Program-made: the position numbers and the translations under genes | In this document: positions 26,757-39,082 of the stretch, piece after piece | Layout of the letters: the number at the start of each line of letters is the position of its first letter | Numbering within the stretch: the stretch's first letter is position 1 | Origin: Eledone cirrhosa | Lineage: Eukaryota | Length of the DNA: 64,000 bases | Reading direction: 5' to 3' | Assembly (NCBI GenBank): GCA_964016885.1 | Contig: OZ024744.1 | Location: forward strand, 61,132,001 to 61,196,000 | The notes under the pieces: model-generated | The model's input: only the letters and a program-made list of their open reading frames with translations | Database searches by the model: none | Told to the model about the DNA's origin: nothing

Positions 26757-28352
26757 CTCATTATTAGTATCAGTTGATGAACTTTGTTCTCTGACTGAAG
26801 ATGCCTTACTGACCTCACTCTTTGGGACAATTTCTATCTTCACTGGTGTTTCAATAATGTCCTTTTTCTTTTGATTCGTGTCTGACTTCCAGGATGGCAA
26901 ACCTTCTTTTGTTGATAGGCTTTGTTCTGGTTTGTCTTCAGTAGGTTTCTGTTTTAGAGAGACTGTCTTACTTTCCAAAGGTTTTGAGTAACTAACAATA
27001 CCAGTTTTCTTGGATGCTTCTTTAACTGTTCCTTCTTGATTGCCTGTCTTGTAAGATGAAGAATCCTTTTGAATGGTTGCAAGTGATAGTGGCTCTTTGC
27101 CTAAGATGGTACCAGAAGTATTATTGGTGGTAGAAACAGCGGTAGTAATATTACTAGTAATGGTAGTAGTAGCAACTGATTTTTTAGGAAGAGGTATTGG
27201 AACAGGAGTTTTTGTAAAACTTGGTTTATTTACCGAAGGAGATGGTTTTTCTTTAAATACTCCAGAAGTTTGTGCTGAAGTTTTAGCTTCAAAAAGTGCC
27301 GAAAGTCTATTTGTATTGTTCTGGGAAACAGACAAATTGTTAGCATCAATGCTTGCAGCAGGAACCAATTTCAAAGATGCATCCAACTGGTTATCAATAA
27401 TCGATTTACTTCTTCTGGGAATGCTTTTCTGTACAGTGTTATTGTCAGCATCTCTTGAAGATATTGACTTCTCCTTCACAGACATTGCTCTTGTCATATT
27501 AGTATTGGAAGATTGGACTGGTTTGGATTGTGAAAATGTCTTGACAGAAGCAGGCAGCTGCAGTCCTGTGATTTCGGCAGACAAAGGTCGTTGCACCAAT
27601 GTCTTTTGTGATAAAGATTTTGAAAGATTTGTTGCAGATGTTTTCTCTTTGGTAGATATTTGTGAGTATGAGTGAGAGGAGCTTAATTTATTTGAAATAT
27701 TTGTTGATATACCAGAATTGGTAATTTTAGTAGGAGCAGAAATAGTAGTGGCAGTAGTAACAGCTGAAGTAGTATCAGTAACAGCTGAAGTAGTATCAGT
27801 AACAGCTACAGAGCTAGTGTCTGTTGTATTTATAATGTTTATGGAAGAGATGTGGATTGATTTTGTTGTGTTAACTGCAGGGCTGTGTTTGTCTGAAGGA
27901 TTTGGAACAAATTGTTGAGTAGGAAGAACGGAAGTTCCAAAAGTTGTCGATATACTACTGGTTACTGCCTCGGAGGCAGTATTTGGACTTTTCATATTTA
28001 CATTGAAAATTTCTTTCCGCCTTTTTGGAATGCTCCTTTTTTTTTCAACAAGTACTTCTTTGGTACCTTTATCTTTTATGGTACATATTTCATTTGCAGA
28101 TGTGGTTTTCACTGATTCCTTATTAGCATCAACTTCTTCTCGAAAAGCTTGCTTTTTCTTGGCCATTAATACCCAGGCTGGCTTAGAAGAACTGTCTTCA
28201 GAAGGGGTTTCGTTTACGATGAGCCTTTTAGGTTTCGGTGAACTCAAGCCTTTTGAAGAAGCCACAGAAGCATTGCTGTCAGCAAGTAGATTACTTGATT
28301 TTTCAACACATGGTATTTGAGAAGTTGGTGATAAGGATGTGGACAAATACTC

Positions 28353-28390
<38 letters not shown>

Positions 28391-29605
28391 GTGGAGTGGT
28401 GGTAGTTGTAATGTTCTCTTCAGACACTTGACTTTGAGCTTCGAATCTTGAAGTAACTGGTTTCCTCAATTTACTATGGCTTAAAATGGAAGAGCAAGGA
28501 GGAGGAGGGGGTGAACGAGGGGGGAGGGGAGGAGGAGAAGGAGGGGGAGAAGGGGGAGGAGAAGAAGGAAGAGGAGGAAGAGAAGAAAGAGGAGGAAGAG
28601 GTGGAAGAGAAGGAAGAGGTGGAAGAGGTGGAAGAGGAGGAAGAGGTGGAAGAGAAGGAGGAAGAGGAAGAGGAGAAGAATGAAGAGGAGGAAGAGGAGA
28701 AGAAGGTCGAGGAGGAAGAGGAGAAGAAGGTCGAGGAGGAAGAGCAGAAGAAGGACTATAAGATACTTTGAGAACATCTGAAAACCCTTTAGATGATTCG
28801 GTGACTGTCACAGAGTTATCAATATTTTGCTTAGATGTAGAAGATTCCTGTGTGAAATAGCCCGTTTCTTTATTCACAACATGTTTAGGATCTTTAGAGT
28901 GTTTCTTCAATATTTCAGTTTTTGGACTTTCTGTTATCACAGGTGAAATTGAGTTTGCACCAAAACTTGGAAGTTCTTCATCAACAGAGTCTCCACTGCA
29001 ATTAGAGTTAAGATTTAGTTTCATAGAGGTAGAATGTCTTCCTCTGTGTGCCTTGGTTGGTTTTAGTTCTTGTTTTTTTTCAGGCTTTGTTGCCTCTAAT
29101 TCAACCATCTGATCTTTAGTAACATTTTCTCTTTCATTGTCTTCATGTGCAGCAACATTACCATCTTTCTTAACACGATTGAAAGCTAGAGTTAGTTCAG
29201 GTGAAACAGAGCTTAACTTTGGGAAATGTAAATTGTCTTCTTTAACAATGTATGTGTCACTGTTGAGACTTAGGGGATTTTCAAAGGATGCACCCTCAGA
29301 AGAAGAAACTTCCTCAAAGACTTGTGTGGTTGGTAATAATTTTACAGGCGACTTAAGTACTGGAGACAACATATGACTACAGTCACCAGCATCTTTCATA
29401 TGAACTGGTGAGTTTATCAAAGAATCCTCCTGCAATGAATGTTTGTTTGGTAAGCTGATTTCCGAAGAAATGTCTAGCATTGTTATATCATGTGTATTTT
29501 CATCTTTCTGATCAGATTCATTTTTCATTGATGGTGGACTAAAAGCTGATGAACCATTATCACTTTTCAAAGGGCAAGGAATGTTATCGGAAGTAACCAT
29601 TTCAC
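26757..29605 (-). CDS. Large (2849-nt) internal exon of host gene: Ser/Thr/Pro-rich, likely disordered protein, tentatively CRACD/KIAA1211 (DUF4592)-like
   Basis: 965-codon ORF; acceptor TTTTCTTTCCATAATTTTCTAG| before 29605 (phase 1); donor GAG|GTTTGT after 26757 or in-frame GAG|GTCAGT after 26814; poly-Pro/poly-Thr; PAWVLMAKKKQAFREE resembles the CRACD-family W-containing basic motif (identity is inference). Confidence 0.85.
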
Positions 29606-29679
29606 CTAGAAAATTATGGAAAGAAAACTTAAAACAAGACAAAAAAATTGGAACTAACTATTAAGATATCTAAAATAAC

Positions 29680-29933
29680 ACCTTTTTATGATCATATTTC
29701 TAATGAAAGACACCTCCTAAGCATTTCAATTAACATAGAAAATAATCAAGAATTTGGTGGGATTTATAAAAATTACTAACATTTTCATTAAGGTTGTTTG
29801 TGGAATATAATTTAACAGAAGGTTTTTATAAAAAACTATGATAAAAGGTTTTAATTAAAATATAAACATTTAAAAATAAGGTTTAGTATTGTACAACCAA
29901 AAGCAGTCATTTGAGTTTTACTATAAAAAGGGT
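29680..29933. mobile_element. Probable second piggyBac-like MITE, degenerate
   Basis: Right end AAAAGGG|TTAA; left end CCTTTTT degenerate. Confidence 0.4.
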
Positions 29934-30360
29934 TAAACATATCACCAATTTGAAACATAAAAGATATTTGTGACAAGAAATGACTTCATGAATGAAATTA
30001 ATAAATATATGGTTGAGTCTCATCAGAGTGCCTGATGTATTTTTCCGCCTCAACTTAGAGCCAATAGATTTTAATAAGTTACCTTTGAGACATCATCATC
30101 ATCATTTAACAACCATCTTCCCTACTAGCAAGTGTTAGATGGGTTTTCACAGACCAAATATTTCCAGCACCTCTCAGATGGGCCGTGGGCCTGTTTCTTG
30201 CTTACATTATGTTCAAGAACTCTACCAAGTGCATTTTATCATAGCACTGTCACTAAGGAAGTTGTCATATCTTTGGCATGGTTGAAGAGTCTTCCCGACT
30301 CTTTGTTTGGCAAGTTTTCTTAAGCCCTTTACTGAGTATATTGGATGCATTTATCATATA

Positions 30361-30523
30361 CAGTTGTCCCCCGGTATTTGCAGGGGTTATGTTCCTAGAG
30401 CACCCGCAAAGAGGGAAAAACCACGAATATTGGACATGGTCCATAAAAATGCCTATAAACAGCAAAACATAACATAAAATATAAAAAAAGAGGGAGTGTC
30501 TTATGCGAAGGGGCAAATACAGT
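30361..30523 (+). mobile_element. Tigger/pogo-like DNA transposon left end
   Basis: TA|CAGTTGTCCCCCGGTATTTGCAGGGGTTATGTTCC resembles Tigger TIRs; possible right-hand remnant ~31855-31880. Confidence 0.5.
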
Positions 30524-30526
30524 ATA

Positions 30527-31794
30527 TCTATAGACATAAATGGCAATTTCTGTCTGTTTGTGCTTTTGTTTGTGAACCTAAAACTCAAAATCTACCAAAC
30601 CGATCTTGATGAAACTTGACATGTGTGTGGGGCTCATTTCTTATGTATACGTATACTAGCAGAAAAACCACCTTTGGGTGGTTTTCTGCTAGCATGTGTA
30701 GTGTGTATATTGATATTATACGCAAATATATATGCATGTAGATATAACACATCGAATAAAATCGTAATTGACAATATAAACAAATTGAACGAAGACCGTG
30801 TTACATTGTCTTCTGTAATCAGTAAAGCAATCCATGATACATTAAAAAAAGATGATATTATATATAAACTGCATTAGGAGAAAATTAGTGACGGAAATAT
30901 ATGAGTATTTATTTAAGCGATCGCTAACCGGAAGTGTTGACATTTGAAAATTTTAAAGAAGTGAATCTTTAAATAAACAAAATATATTTAATGAACAGCC
31001 ACGAAATTTAGTAGATAAATTATGTAATATTCATTCATTATTTATTCAAAGTAATCCAACATATTTTACAAATGGGATAAAAAAAAATAAACCGTACGCA
31101 ATCCCGCAGACCTTCCTTTATTATAGTTTAGATTTATTTTAATCAAAGGGTTCCCCGGGGACTCAAACCCCTGCTGAAAATTTTTTCCCTTCGATTTATA
31201 TGAAATTTAAACCATTGGTAAATGACAAGATATGATGCCTATTCACAAAATTTCAGCAAACTTCAATAATATTAAGACACCCTAATAGGGGTTAAACCCC
31301 CTATAGTGAACATTTTGGCCAATAAATGGAACAAGATTTCACGAACTCCTCCTATAGTTTTGGAGATAGACCCCCATAACCATATATATTCTGAAACTAC
31401 ATTGCCCAGGGTACTTGGATAAGTATATTTCATTTTAATCAAAGGGTTACCCGGGAGCAGAAAACCCCCGCTGAATATGTTTTCCCTTCGATTTATATGA
31501 AATGTAAACCATAGGTAAATGGCAAGATATGATGCCTATTTACAAAAGTTTTGAATTGATATTTTGAAAAAAATTATTTCCAAGAAACAAAATAAGAATA
31601 AGATTTAATAATGTAATTTTGATTTGATATATTACAAAGAATAATGTTTTCCAATGTTTCATGCATTACATTTTACATTGAATAATATTGAAATGCAGAG
31701 TTTTTCTCCATAAATTATATCATTGATTTAAAATCAATCATCATTTTCTTACAAAAAGAATGTGAAACGCAGCAAGGCGCAGTAATTCGGCTAG
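30527..31794 (+). mobile_element. Non-autonomous Helitron (family H2) with internal ~300-bp duplication and nested H1
   Basis: A|TCTATAGACATAAATGGC start; GC-rich subterminal CGCAGCAAGGCGCAG..GGCTAG|T end. Confidence 0.75.
30656..31132 (-). mobile_element. Non-autonomous Helitron (family H1) nested in H2
   Basis: Homologous to 2048-2536; inserted between A30655 and T31133 without TSD. Confidence 0.85.
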
Positions 31795-31994
31795 TTATTA
31801 ATAATTTAGCGTAAAAAAAAAAAATATATATATATATATATATTGCCATAAAATTCTGCAAATAACCAGGACCACGAATGCTAGTAGATCAATCAAAAAT
31901 ACTGATGGCAATAAATTTAGGATGTTAATGAAGGGTCTGAAGGTGATAAAACAAATCAGGAGAAAGAGTGACACTAATCACTCAAATGAAAATA

Positions 31995-32540
31995 TAGTAG
32001 TAATGCTGCTGCCATAATGAAATGTACCCTAGACACTCTAGAGTGATAGTGCTGATGTCATGATAAAATGTACCCTAAATACTATAGTGGTAGTGCTGGT
32101 GCTACGATAAAATGAACCCTTCACTCTGTAAAGTGGTAGTGGTAGTGCTAGTACCATGATAAAATGACTCCAGTACATTGTGAATTGGCTGTGCTTGTGC
32201 CATAAAATGCACCCAATATACTGTCAAGTGGTAGTGCTGGTGCCACAATAAAATGCATTCAAGGCACCCTATATCTGTATAGTACTGGTGCTATGATGAA
32301 ATGTATGCAATACACTTTATAAAAGTGGTAGTGCAGGTGGTTTGATAAGAGGCACACAGTACATGCTGTAAAATGATTGGCATTAGGAAAGACATCCAGC
32401 TCTAGAAAAATATGGAACATGAGCAAGATGTGGTCATCTGACCTGTCTAGTCACAAATAATGATAACCAATCCAACCCTTGCCAGCAAGCAACAGATGGA
32501 TGAGGATGATGATAATAATGGTGATGATGATGATGATGAA
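31995..32540 (+). repeat. ~8 diverged ~45-bp units of the RTE 3'-UTR subrepeat followed by an RTE-type tail
   Basis: GTAGTGCTGGTGCCACRATAAAATGCACCC-like units, then TTGGCATTAGGAAAGACATCCAGC and (GAT)n. Confidence 0.65.
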
Positions 32541-32580
32541 TACCAATTTTTTTTCGATTTCTTATATTAATTTCTCTTAC

Positions 32581-32686
32581 CTGCTTTAACAATCTCAGGG
32601 ATAACAGGCTTTTCAGGTAGATCTCCAAATTCCTGCCCGCCTATATATTGTTCTTCATTTAAACTTGGAAGTGTTGCTGATATTTT
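32581..32686 (-). CDS. Internal coding exon of host gene (KISATLPSLNEEQYIGGQEFGDLPEKPVIPEIVKA+G)
   Basis: Acceptor TTTCTCTTCTTTCTCTTGCAG|, donor CAG|GTAAGA; 106 nt, open in phase 0 to 1, matching the phase-1 start of the large exon. Confidence 0.8.
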
Positions 32687-33489
32687 CTGCAAGAGAAAGA
32701 AGAGAAATGCATCCAGAAAATAATAAAAATATGTGAATGTCTGAGAGGTGTTTGTTAATAAGATTACTATTTTATAACCAATGCCTTGTGTGTGGATTTA
32801 GTAAATAAGAACTGCATGGAAGCCTGTTCATCATTTTAACATCCACTTTCCCTGCTATCAAGGGTTGGAGAGGTCTACATAGGCCAAGTCAGTTATGAAG
32901 CGGGGGCTACTGATCTCTCAGACAGGCCAGGGATCTGCGTCTCGCTTACGTACTGTCTTACATTCTACCAAGTGCACTGGAGAAGTCATATCTTTGACGA
33001 CTGAAGAATTCACCCTTTCTATGATTGGATGCCCTTTCTTTCACTAACCACTTTACAGTATGTACTGGGTACATTTATCGTATAGGTCACCAAACACTAA
33101 GAGGGCTGACTTGTCCTTGACATGACTGAAGGGTCTTTCCAACTATTTGGCAACCCATCCATGGCTGGATGCTCTTATCACCAATCACTTCAGTGTTGGT
33201 AGGGAGCATGGGTGGGTGTGTGTGTGTGTGTGTGTGGTGAGGGTGGTGTAGTGATGTTGAGAATATGTGTTAGTGGAAGGGAGGGGACACGAGGGGTAGA
33301 TCAGGCCACATTGTATATTGCAGGTCGGTCTTCTTCAGCACTGCAAAGCGCCAGCTTTTGCAGTCCTTAGTAATTACTATTCTGAGGTTTAGTTTTTTAA
33401 GGTCCGTCTTCACAACCTCATCCCATGTCCTCCTGAGTCTACCTCTTCCACCAGTCCCAGTCACTGGGAGTTTTCTGCAGTGTGTGTGA

Positions 33490-34670
33490 GTAGAGAGAAA
33501 GATGTAAGGCCAAGAGACAGGCATGGAAAGAATGGCAGAATGGGAGAAGCAAAGACCAATACCAGGAGTCTAGGAGAGAAGCTAGGTGACAAGTACACTT
33601 TGCAAGGAGGGAAGCAGAAAAAAAAAATGTAAGCATGTTTTGTGATGTGAAGACCAAAGGCGTGAGGGAGTGTGTCAGTGATTTTGTATAAGATACACTC
33701 TCACTCTCTCTTTCTGATCATCATCATCATCATCATCATCATCGTTTAACGTCCATCTTCCACGCTAGCATTAGTGAGAAGTGTGTCCAGGATGATAAAG
33801 GCGCACTTGCCCTCACATATGCACAGAAGAAAGCTGTGTGAAAGAGATATTATGAAAGATTACTAAATGGGGAGAATGCATGGGAGATAGAGACATTATC
33901 CCAAGTAGACCCCATAGAGAGCCCAGGTGTACAAGTCAACAGCAGTATAGTAAGTCAGGTTATTAAGGACATGAAGACTGGGAAAGAAGCCGGTCCATCA
34001 GGAATAGTTGCCGAGATGATAAAAGCACCTGGGTCAGTGGATCACACCTTAACCACACATATTATAAACCAAGTAATACTAGATGGTGCCATACCAAATG
34101 ATCGGTGCAGCAGCATCATTGTCAACTACTACAAGGGTAAAGGAGATGCGTTAGAGGAAACTACAGAGGCATAAAGCTGATGGATCAGGTCATGAAAGTA
34201 ACAAAGAGTTATAGCATAGTTGATTAGGGGTAGAGTAAATGTAGATGAGATGCAGTTTAGATTTGTACCAGGCAAAAGCACCACTGATGCTCTCTTCCTG
34301 GTGAAGCAGCTACAGGAAAAGTACTTGGCATTTGTCGATCTGGAAAAAGCTTTCAACAGAGTGCCCTGTGCCACAATCTGGTGGGCTCTGAGAAAACTAG
34401 GAGTAGATGAGTGGCTAATGAAGGCTGTAAAAGCCACATGTAGGGGAGCAGTCAGCAAAGTTAGGATTAACAATGACTATAGTGAGGAATTTAGTGTACA
34501 GATTGGCGTCTACCAGGGCTCTGTTCTCAGCCCTCACCTATTTATCGTACTACAGGCTATAACAGAAAAGTTTAAGACCGGCTGCCCGTGGGAACTCCAG
34601 TAGGTGGATGATCTCACACACATAGCGGAATCTATGGTGGGTCTAGAGAAGAATTTCCAAACATAGAAGC
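33490..34670 (+). pseudogene. Degenerate RTE family A-like fragment
   Basis: MKTGKEAGPSG, VDEMQF, FVDLEKAF with stops; preceded by a minus-strand RTE 3' end (32830-33485). Confidence 0.85.
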
Positions 34671-34699
34671 AAAAAAAAAAAAAAAATGGATACTGAACT

Positions 34700-35255
34700 A
34701 TTATCAAAGTTTTGAAGCTCGCTATAAACATGAGGGCATATCTTGGTAGAGACGAACAATCAGAGCAGTTCGCCCAGAATCTATTAATGCTCGGGGACAG
34801 AACACTTCCTGTAGATAGAAAGGGATATTGATAAAAGTCCCATAGGCACGATGGTGGAATAATTATTCCATCTCAAGTGTTCCCTAATCTTCATATCAGT
34901 TACAGTGGCTCAGTGAAAGGCCTATATTGGCTCCAAAAAATGTGATGAATTTCACAAAAGGTTTTGAAGCTCTATCGATCTGTCAACACTAGTGGAACAG
35001 TCGGAAGCTGTCAATTACCCGATAGAGTTCCTCAACTCTTTAAAACCATCAGGAATGCCTCCACATGTCCACCTTTTATTGAGGAATTTGGACCTAGCAG
35101 AGTTATGCAATGGCATTTGACTGGTTGTGAAAAAATGTATATCCACACATGATTCAAGCCATCATTTCAACAGGATATGGTAAGATAGAAGATATGTTCA
35201 TGCCAAGAATCCCTCTTATCCCCACTGATGTCGCATTTCAATTCAAACAACTGAG
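34700..35255 (+). pseudogene. Helitron RepHel PIF1-type helicase fragment
   Basis: KLAINMRAYLGRDEQSEQFAQNLLMLGD, VFPNL, ILAPKN, YPIEFLNSLKPSGMPPH, LLRNLDLAELCNG, PRIPLIPTDVAFQFKQL across frameshifts. Confidence 0.8.
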
Positions 35256-35416
35256 TATTGACGTACATGTACATCAATACTCATCTTTTTCCATTTCTTA
35301 GAGGGTTCTAAACCCAACTATCAGGCTAACATTTCTTTAGTAACAAATATGGCAAAAGCTATTTTCAAACTTACTTGCTGTTTCAATTCAAAATCAAATT
35401 TGCTTTTATATATATA

Positions 35417-35802
35417 TAATGAGGCAAGCATGCTCCGTTGGATGTGCAGTGTCAATGTGCGTGAACGACCCAGCATCAAATTGTTGAGAGAGAAACTGTG
35501 TCTGAGAGGGATAGAATGTAGTGTGTGAAAGAGAAGACTGAGGTGGTATGGACATGTGATGTGCATGGAGGATGATCAATGGGTAAAGAAGTGCCAGGAA
35601 ATGCCAGTTGAAGGAAGACGTGGTAGAGGTAGACCACGAAAAACATGGGCGGAGGTGGTGAGAACAGACCTCAGATCATTGAAGCTCACGGTGGAGATGA
35701 CGAAGGACCGTGACGAGTGGAGAGATGCTGTGCTGAATATGACCTGTCCCACCCTTCCAAGCAGGGAAGAGCGGACATAAAATGATGATGATGATGATGA
35801 TG
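35417..35802 (+). mobile_element. RTE family B 3' end fragment
   Basis: Similar to 52340-52715; GRRGRGRPRKTW; (GAT)n tail. Confidence 0.85.
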
Positions 35803-36043
35803 CTATATATATATATACACACACACACACATATATATACACACGCATATATATATACACACACACACACACATATATATATACACACATATATACACAC
35901 AAATATACACACACATATATACACACATATATACACATATATATATACACATATATATATATACACATATATACACATATATATAAATATACACACATAT
36001 ATAAATATACACACATATATATAAATATATATACACACATATA

Positions 36044-38380
36044 TGGAACAATAAGGTAGATGAAGCAGTCAAGGCCAAGAGACAGGCATGGAAAGAATGG
36101 AAGAACGGGGGGAGCAGGGTACATTACATAGAGACCAAGAGGGAAGCTAGGCGACAAGTATACTTAGCTAGGAGGGAAGCAGAGGATAGAAAATTCAAGC
36201 ATGTTTTACAACGTGAGGACCAGAAACAGGAGGTATTCAAGATTGCGAGGCAGTGTGTCAGAGATAGTTGTGATGTCATTGGAGAGAAGTGTATCCGGAA
36301 TGATAAAGGTGAGCTTGCCCTCACAAGTGCTGAGAAGAAAGATGCATGGAAGAGTCATTATGATAGATTACTAAATGAGGAGAATGCATGGGAAGAAGAG
36401 ACCCTACCCCACGTAGGCCCTATAGAGGGACCAGCAGTACAAGTCAGCGGCAGCGTAGTAAGTAAGGCAATCAGAGATATGAAGATAGGGAAGGCAACCG
36501 GTCCATCGGGTATAGCTGCCGAGATGCTGAAGGCATCTGGGTCTGTAGGCCACACTATAACCACACGTATCGTTAACCAGGTAATACTAGAGGGGGCCAT
36601 ACCAAAAGATTGGTGCAGTAGCATCATTGTCAACTGCTACAAAGGTAAAGGCGATGCACTAGATAGAGGAAACTATAGAGGTATAAAGTTGATGGACCAG
36701 GTCATGAAAGTAACAGAAAGAGTTATAGCACAGCTGATTAGGGACCGGGTGAATATAGACGAGATGCAATTTGGGTTTGTACCAGGGAAAGGCACCACTG
36801 ATGCCCTCTTCCTTGTGAGGCAATTACAGGAAAAGTACCTAGCTAAAAGTAAGCCACTCTACTTGGCATTTGTCGACCTTGAGAAAGCCTTTGACAGAGT
36901 TCCACGTGCAGTAATCTGGTGGGCTCTTAGAAAACTAGGAGTAGATGAATGGCTTGTGAAAGCGGTACAAGCCATGTATAGGGGAGCAGTCAGCAAAGTT
37001 AGGATTGGCAATGAGTATAGCGAGGAATTTAGCGTACAGGTTGGGGTCCACCAGGGCTCTGTTCTTAGCCCTCTCCTGTTCATCATAGTCCTGCAGGCAA
37101 TAACGGAGGAGTTTAAGACCGGATGCCCATGGGAACTCCTGTATGCTGATGACCTCGCACTCATAGCTGAATCTATGGTAGAACTAGAGAATAAATTCCA
37201 AACCTGGAAGCAGGGACTAGAGAGAAAGGGCCTCAAAGTCAACATGACAAAGACTAAGGTCCTTGTAAGTAGACGAGAAAACAGAACCCAGATCCCCTCA
37301 GGGAAATGGCCTTGCTCAGTATGTAGGAAAGGTGTAGGTAGGAACTCCATTCTCTGCCCCAAATGCAAACAATGGGTACACAAGAGATGTAGCGGGATCT
37401 CAGGAAGCTTAATTAAGAATGTAGGATTCACATGCAGCAGCTGTGCTGAAACAGCAAGCAAACAGCCACAGGAAACAAGTACCACCAATCTCTGGGAGGG
37501 CCCTGTAGAAACAGTAGACAGCTTCTGCTACCTAGGTGACCGAATTAGCAACGGAGGTGGGTGCTCAGAAAGTACAATAACTAGGGTAAGAACGGGATGG
37601 AAGAAGTTTAGGGAACTACTACCACTGCTAGCTGCAAAAGGCTTCTCCCTCAGAATGAAAGGCAGACTGTATCATGCGTGTATCCGAACAGCGATGTTGC
37701 ATGGTAGTGAGACCTGGGCGCTGAAGGTGGAAGACTTACGTAGATTAGAGAGAAACGAAGCCTGCATGCTCCGATGGATGAGTAACAGTAATATACGTGA
37801 ACGACAAAGCATAAAGGAATTGAGAGAGAGACTGAGCATAAGAGGAATCAAATGCTGCGTGCAGGAGAGGCGGTTACGCTGGTATGGACATGTGATGCGT
37901 ATGAAGGATGACAGCTGCATAAAAAGGTGCAGAGCACTAGAAGTTGATGGAAACCGCGGAGTGGGGAGACCCAAGATGACTTGGGATGAGGTGATAAAAG
38001 CCGACCTTACCCAACTACACCTCTCAAAGTCAATGACACACGACCGTGACTTCTGGCGTCACGCAGTAATACAGGGTACCCGACCTCCCATGGGTACATG
38101 CTGGAGCATATAAACAATATGCCCCCCCCCCCCCCACCGCAAAAAAGCACCCAGCCCACACTGTAAAGTGGACGTGTAGGCGCCACGAAAAAGCACCCAG
38201 CACTCACTGTAAATGAGGTTGGTGTTAGGAAGGGCATCCAGCTGTAGAAATCAAGCCAGATCAGTTCCTGTATGAGCAAGGCATGGTCAGCCGACCAGAC
38301 ACTGCCCACAACAGGACAACCCGTCTAACCCATGCTAGGGTGGAAGAACGGACGTAAAACGGTGATGATGATGATGATGA
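36044..38380 (+). mobile_element. 5'-truncated, young RTE family A LINE; RT ORF to 38113
   Basis: 544-aa ORF 36479-38113, with upstream sequence from 36044 in the same frame; [38 protein letters not shown]-like C4HC3; 3' UTR and (GAT)n. Confidence 0.92.
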
Positions 38381-39049
38381 CATATATATATATAATATAT
38401 ATATATACACACATATATATACACACATATATATATATACACACATATTTATACAAACACACATATACACACATATATATATATATACACACACACATAT
38501 ATATATATATACACACACATGTATATATACACACATATGGTGGCTGCCAACTCGTTTTCGAGTACGGCCACTACTTTATATCCATGTAGGAGAACCCCTA
38601 CCGATGCGCTGAACGAGTGTGACTTTTCAGTCCAGCCAGCGACTTGAAAACTCTGGTACAAACACTACACTTGTGACAATTATTGACATATAGTGCTGGG
38701 CCCATGGTATCATGTGAGGACAAGTGCAGAGAGATCTCTAGATATAAAGCAATGCCTGTGCCGTGAAGCTTTTATAGTGAGCAAAGGAACTGCACAAAGC
38801 CAGTCCCACTCTCTTAACCAAGATGATATTTACCAAAAAGAAGAACAAGTCAACATCATTGGATACCATCAGGGTTGCAGGTGTTATATCAGAGTTTTCC
38901 TTCTCCTAGAATTCTGCCTTGACAAAGGCTAAGGGCTCATCTCTCCCGGATACACACATATATATATATATATACACACATGTATATATATACACACATA
39001 TATATATACACACATATATATATATATACACACACACACATATATATAT

Positions 39050-39082
<33 letters not shown>

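Noticed and set aside
26745-29642. Single-exon 965-aa gene as given in the ORF track
   Set aside because: The start is a non-ATG codon in intronic polypyrimidine sequence; splice sites at 29605 and 26757/26814 fit flanking exons.
36859-37974. Antisense ORFs over RTE copies
   Set aside because: Shadow frames of the RT coding strand with no recognisable motifs.
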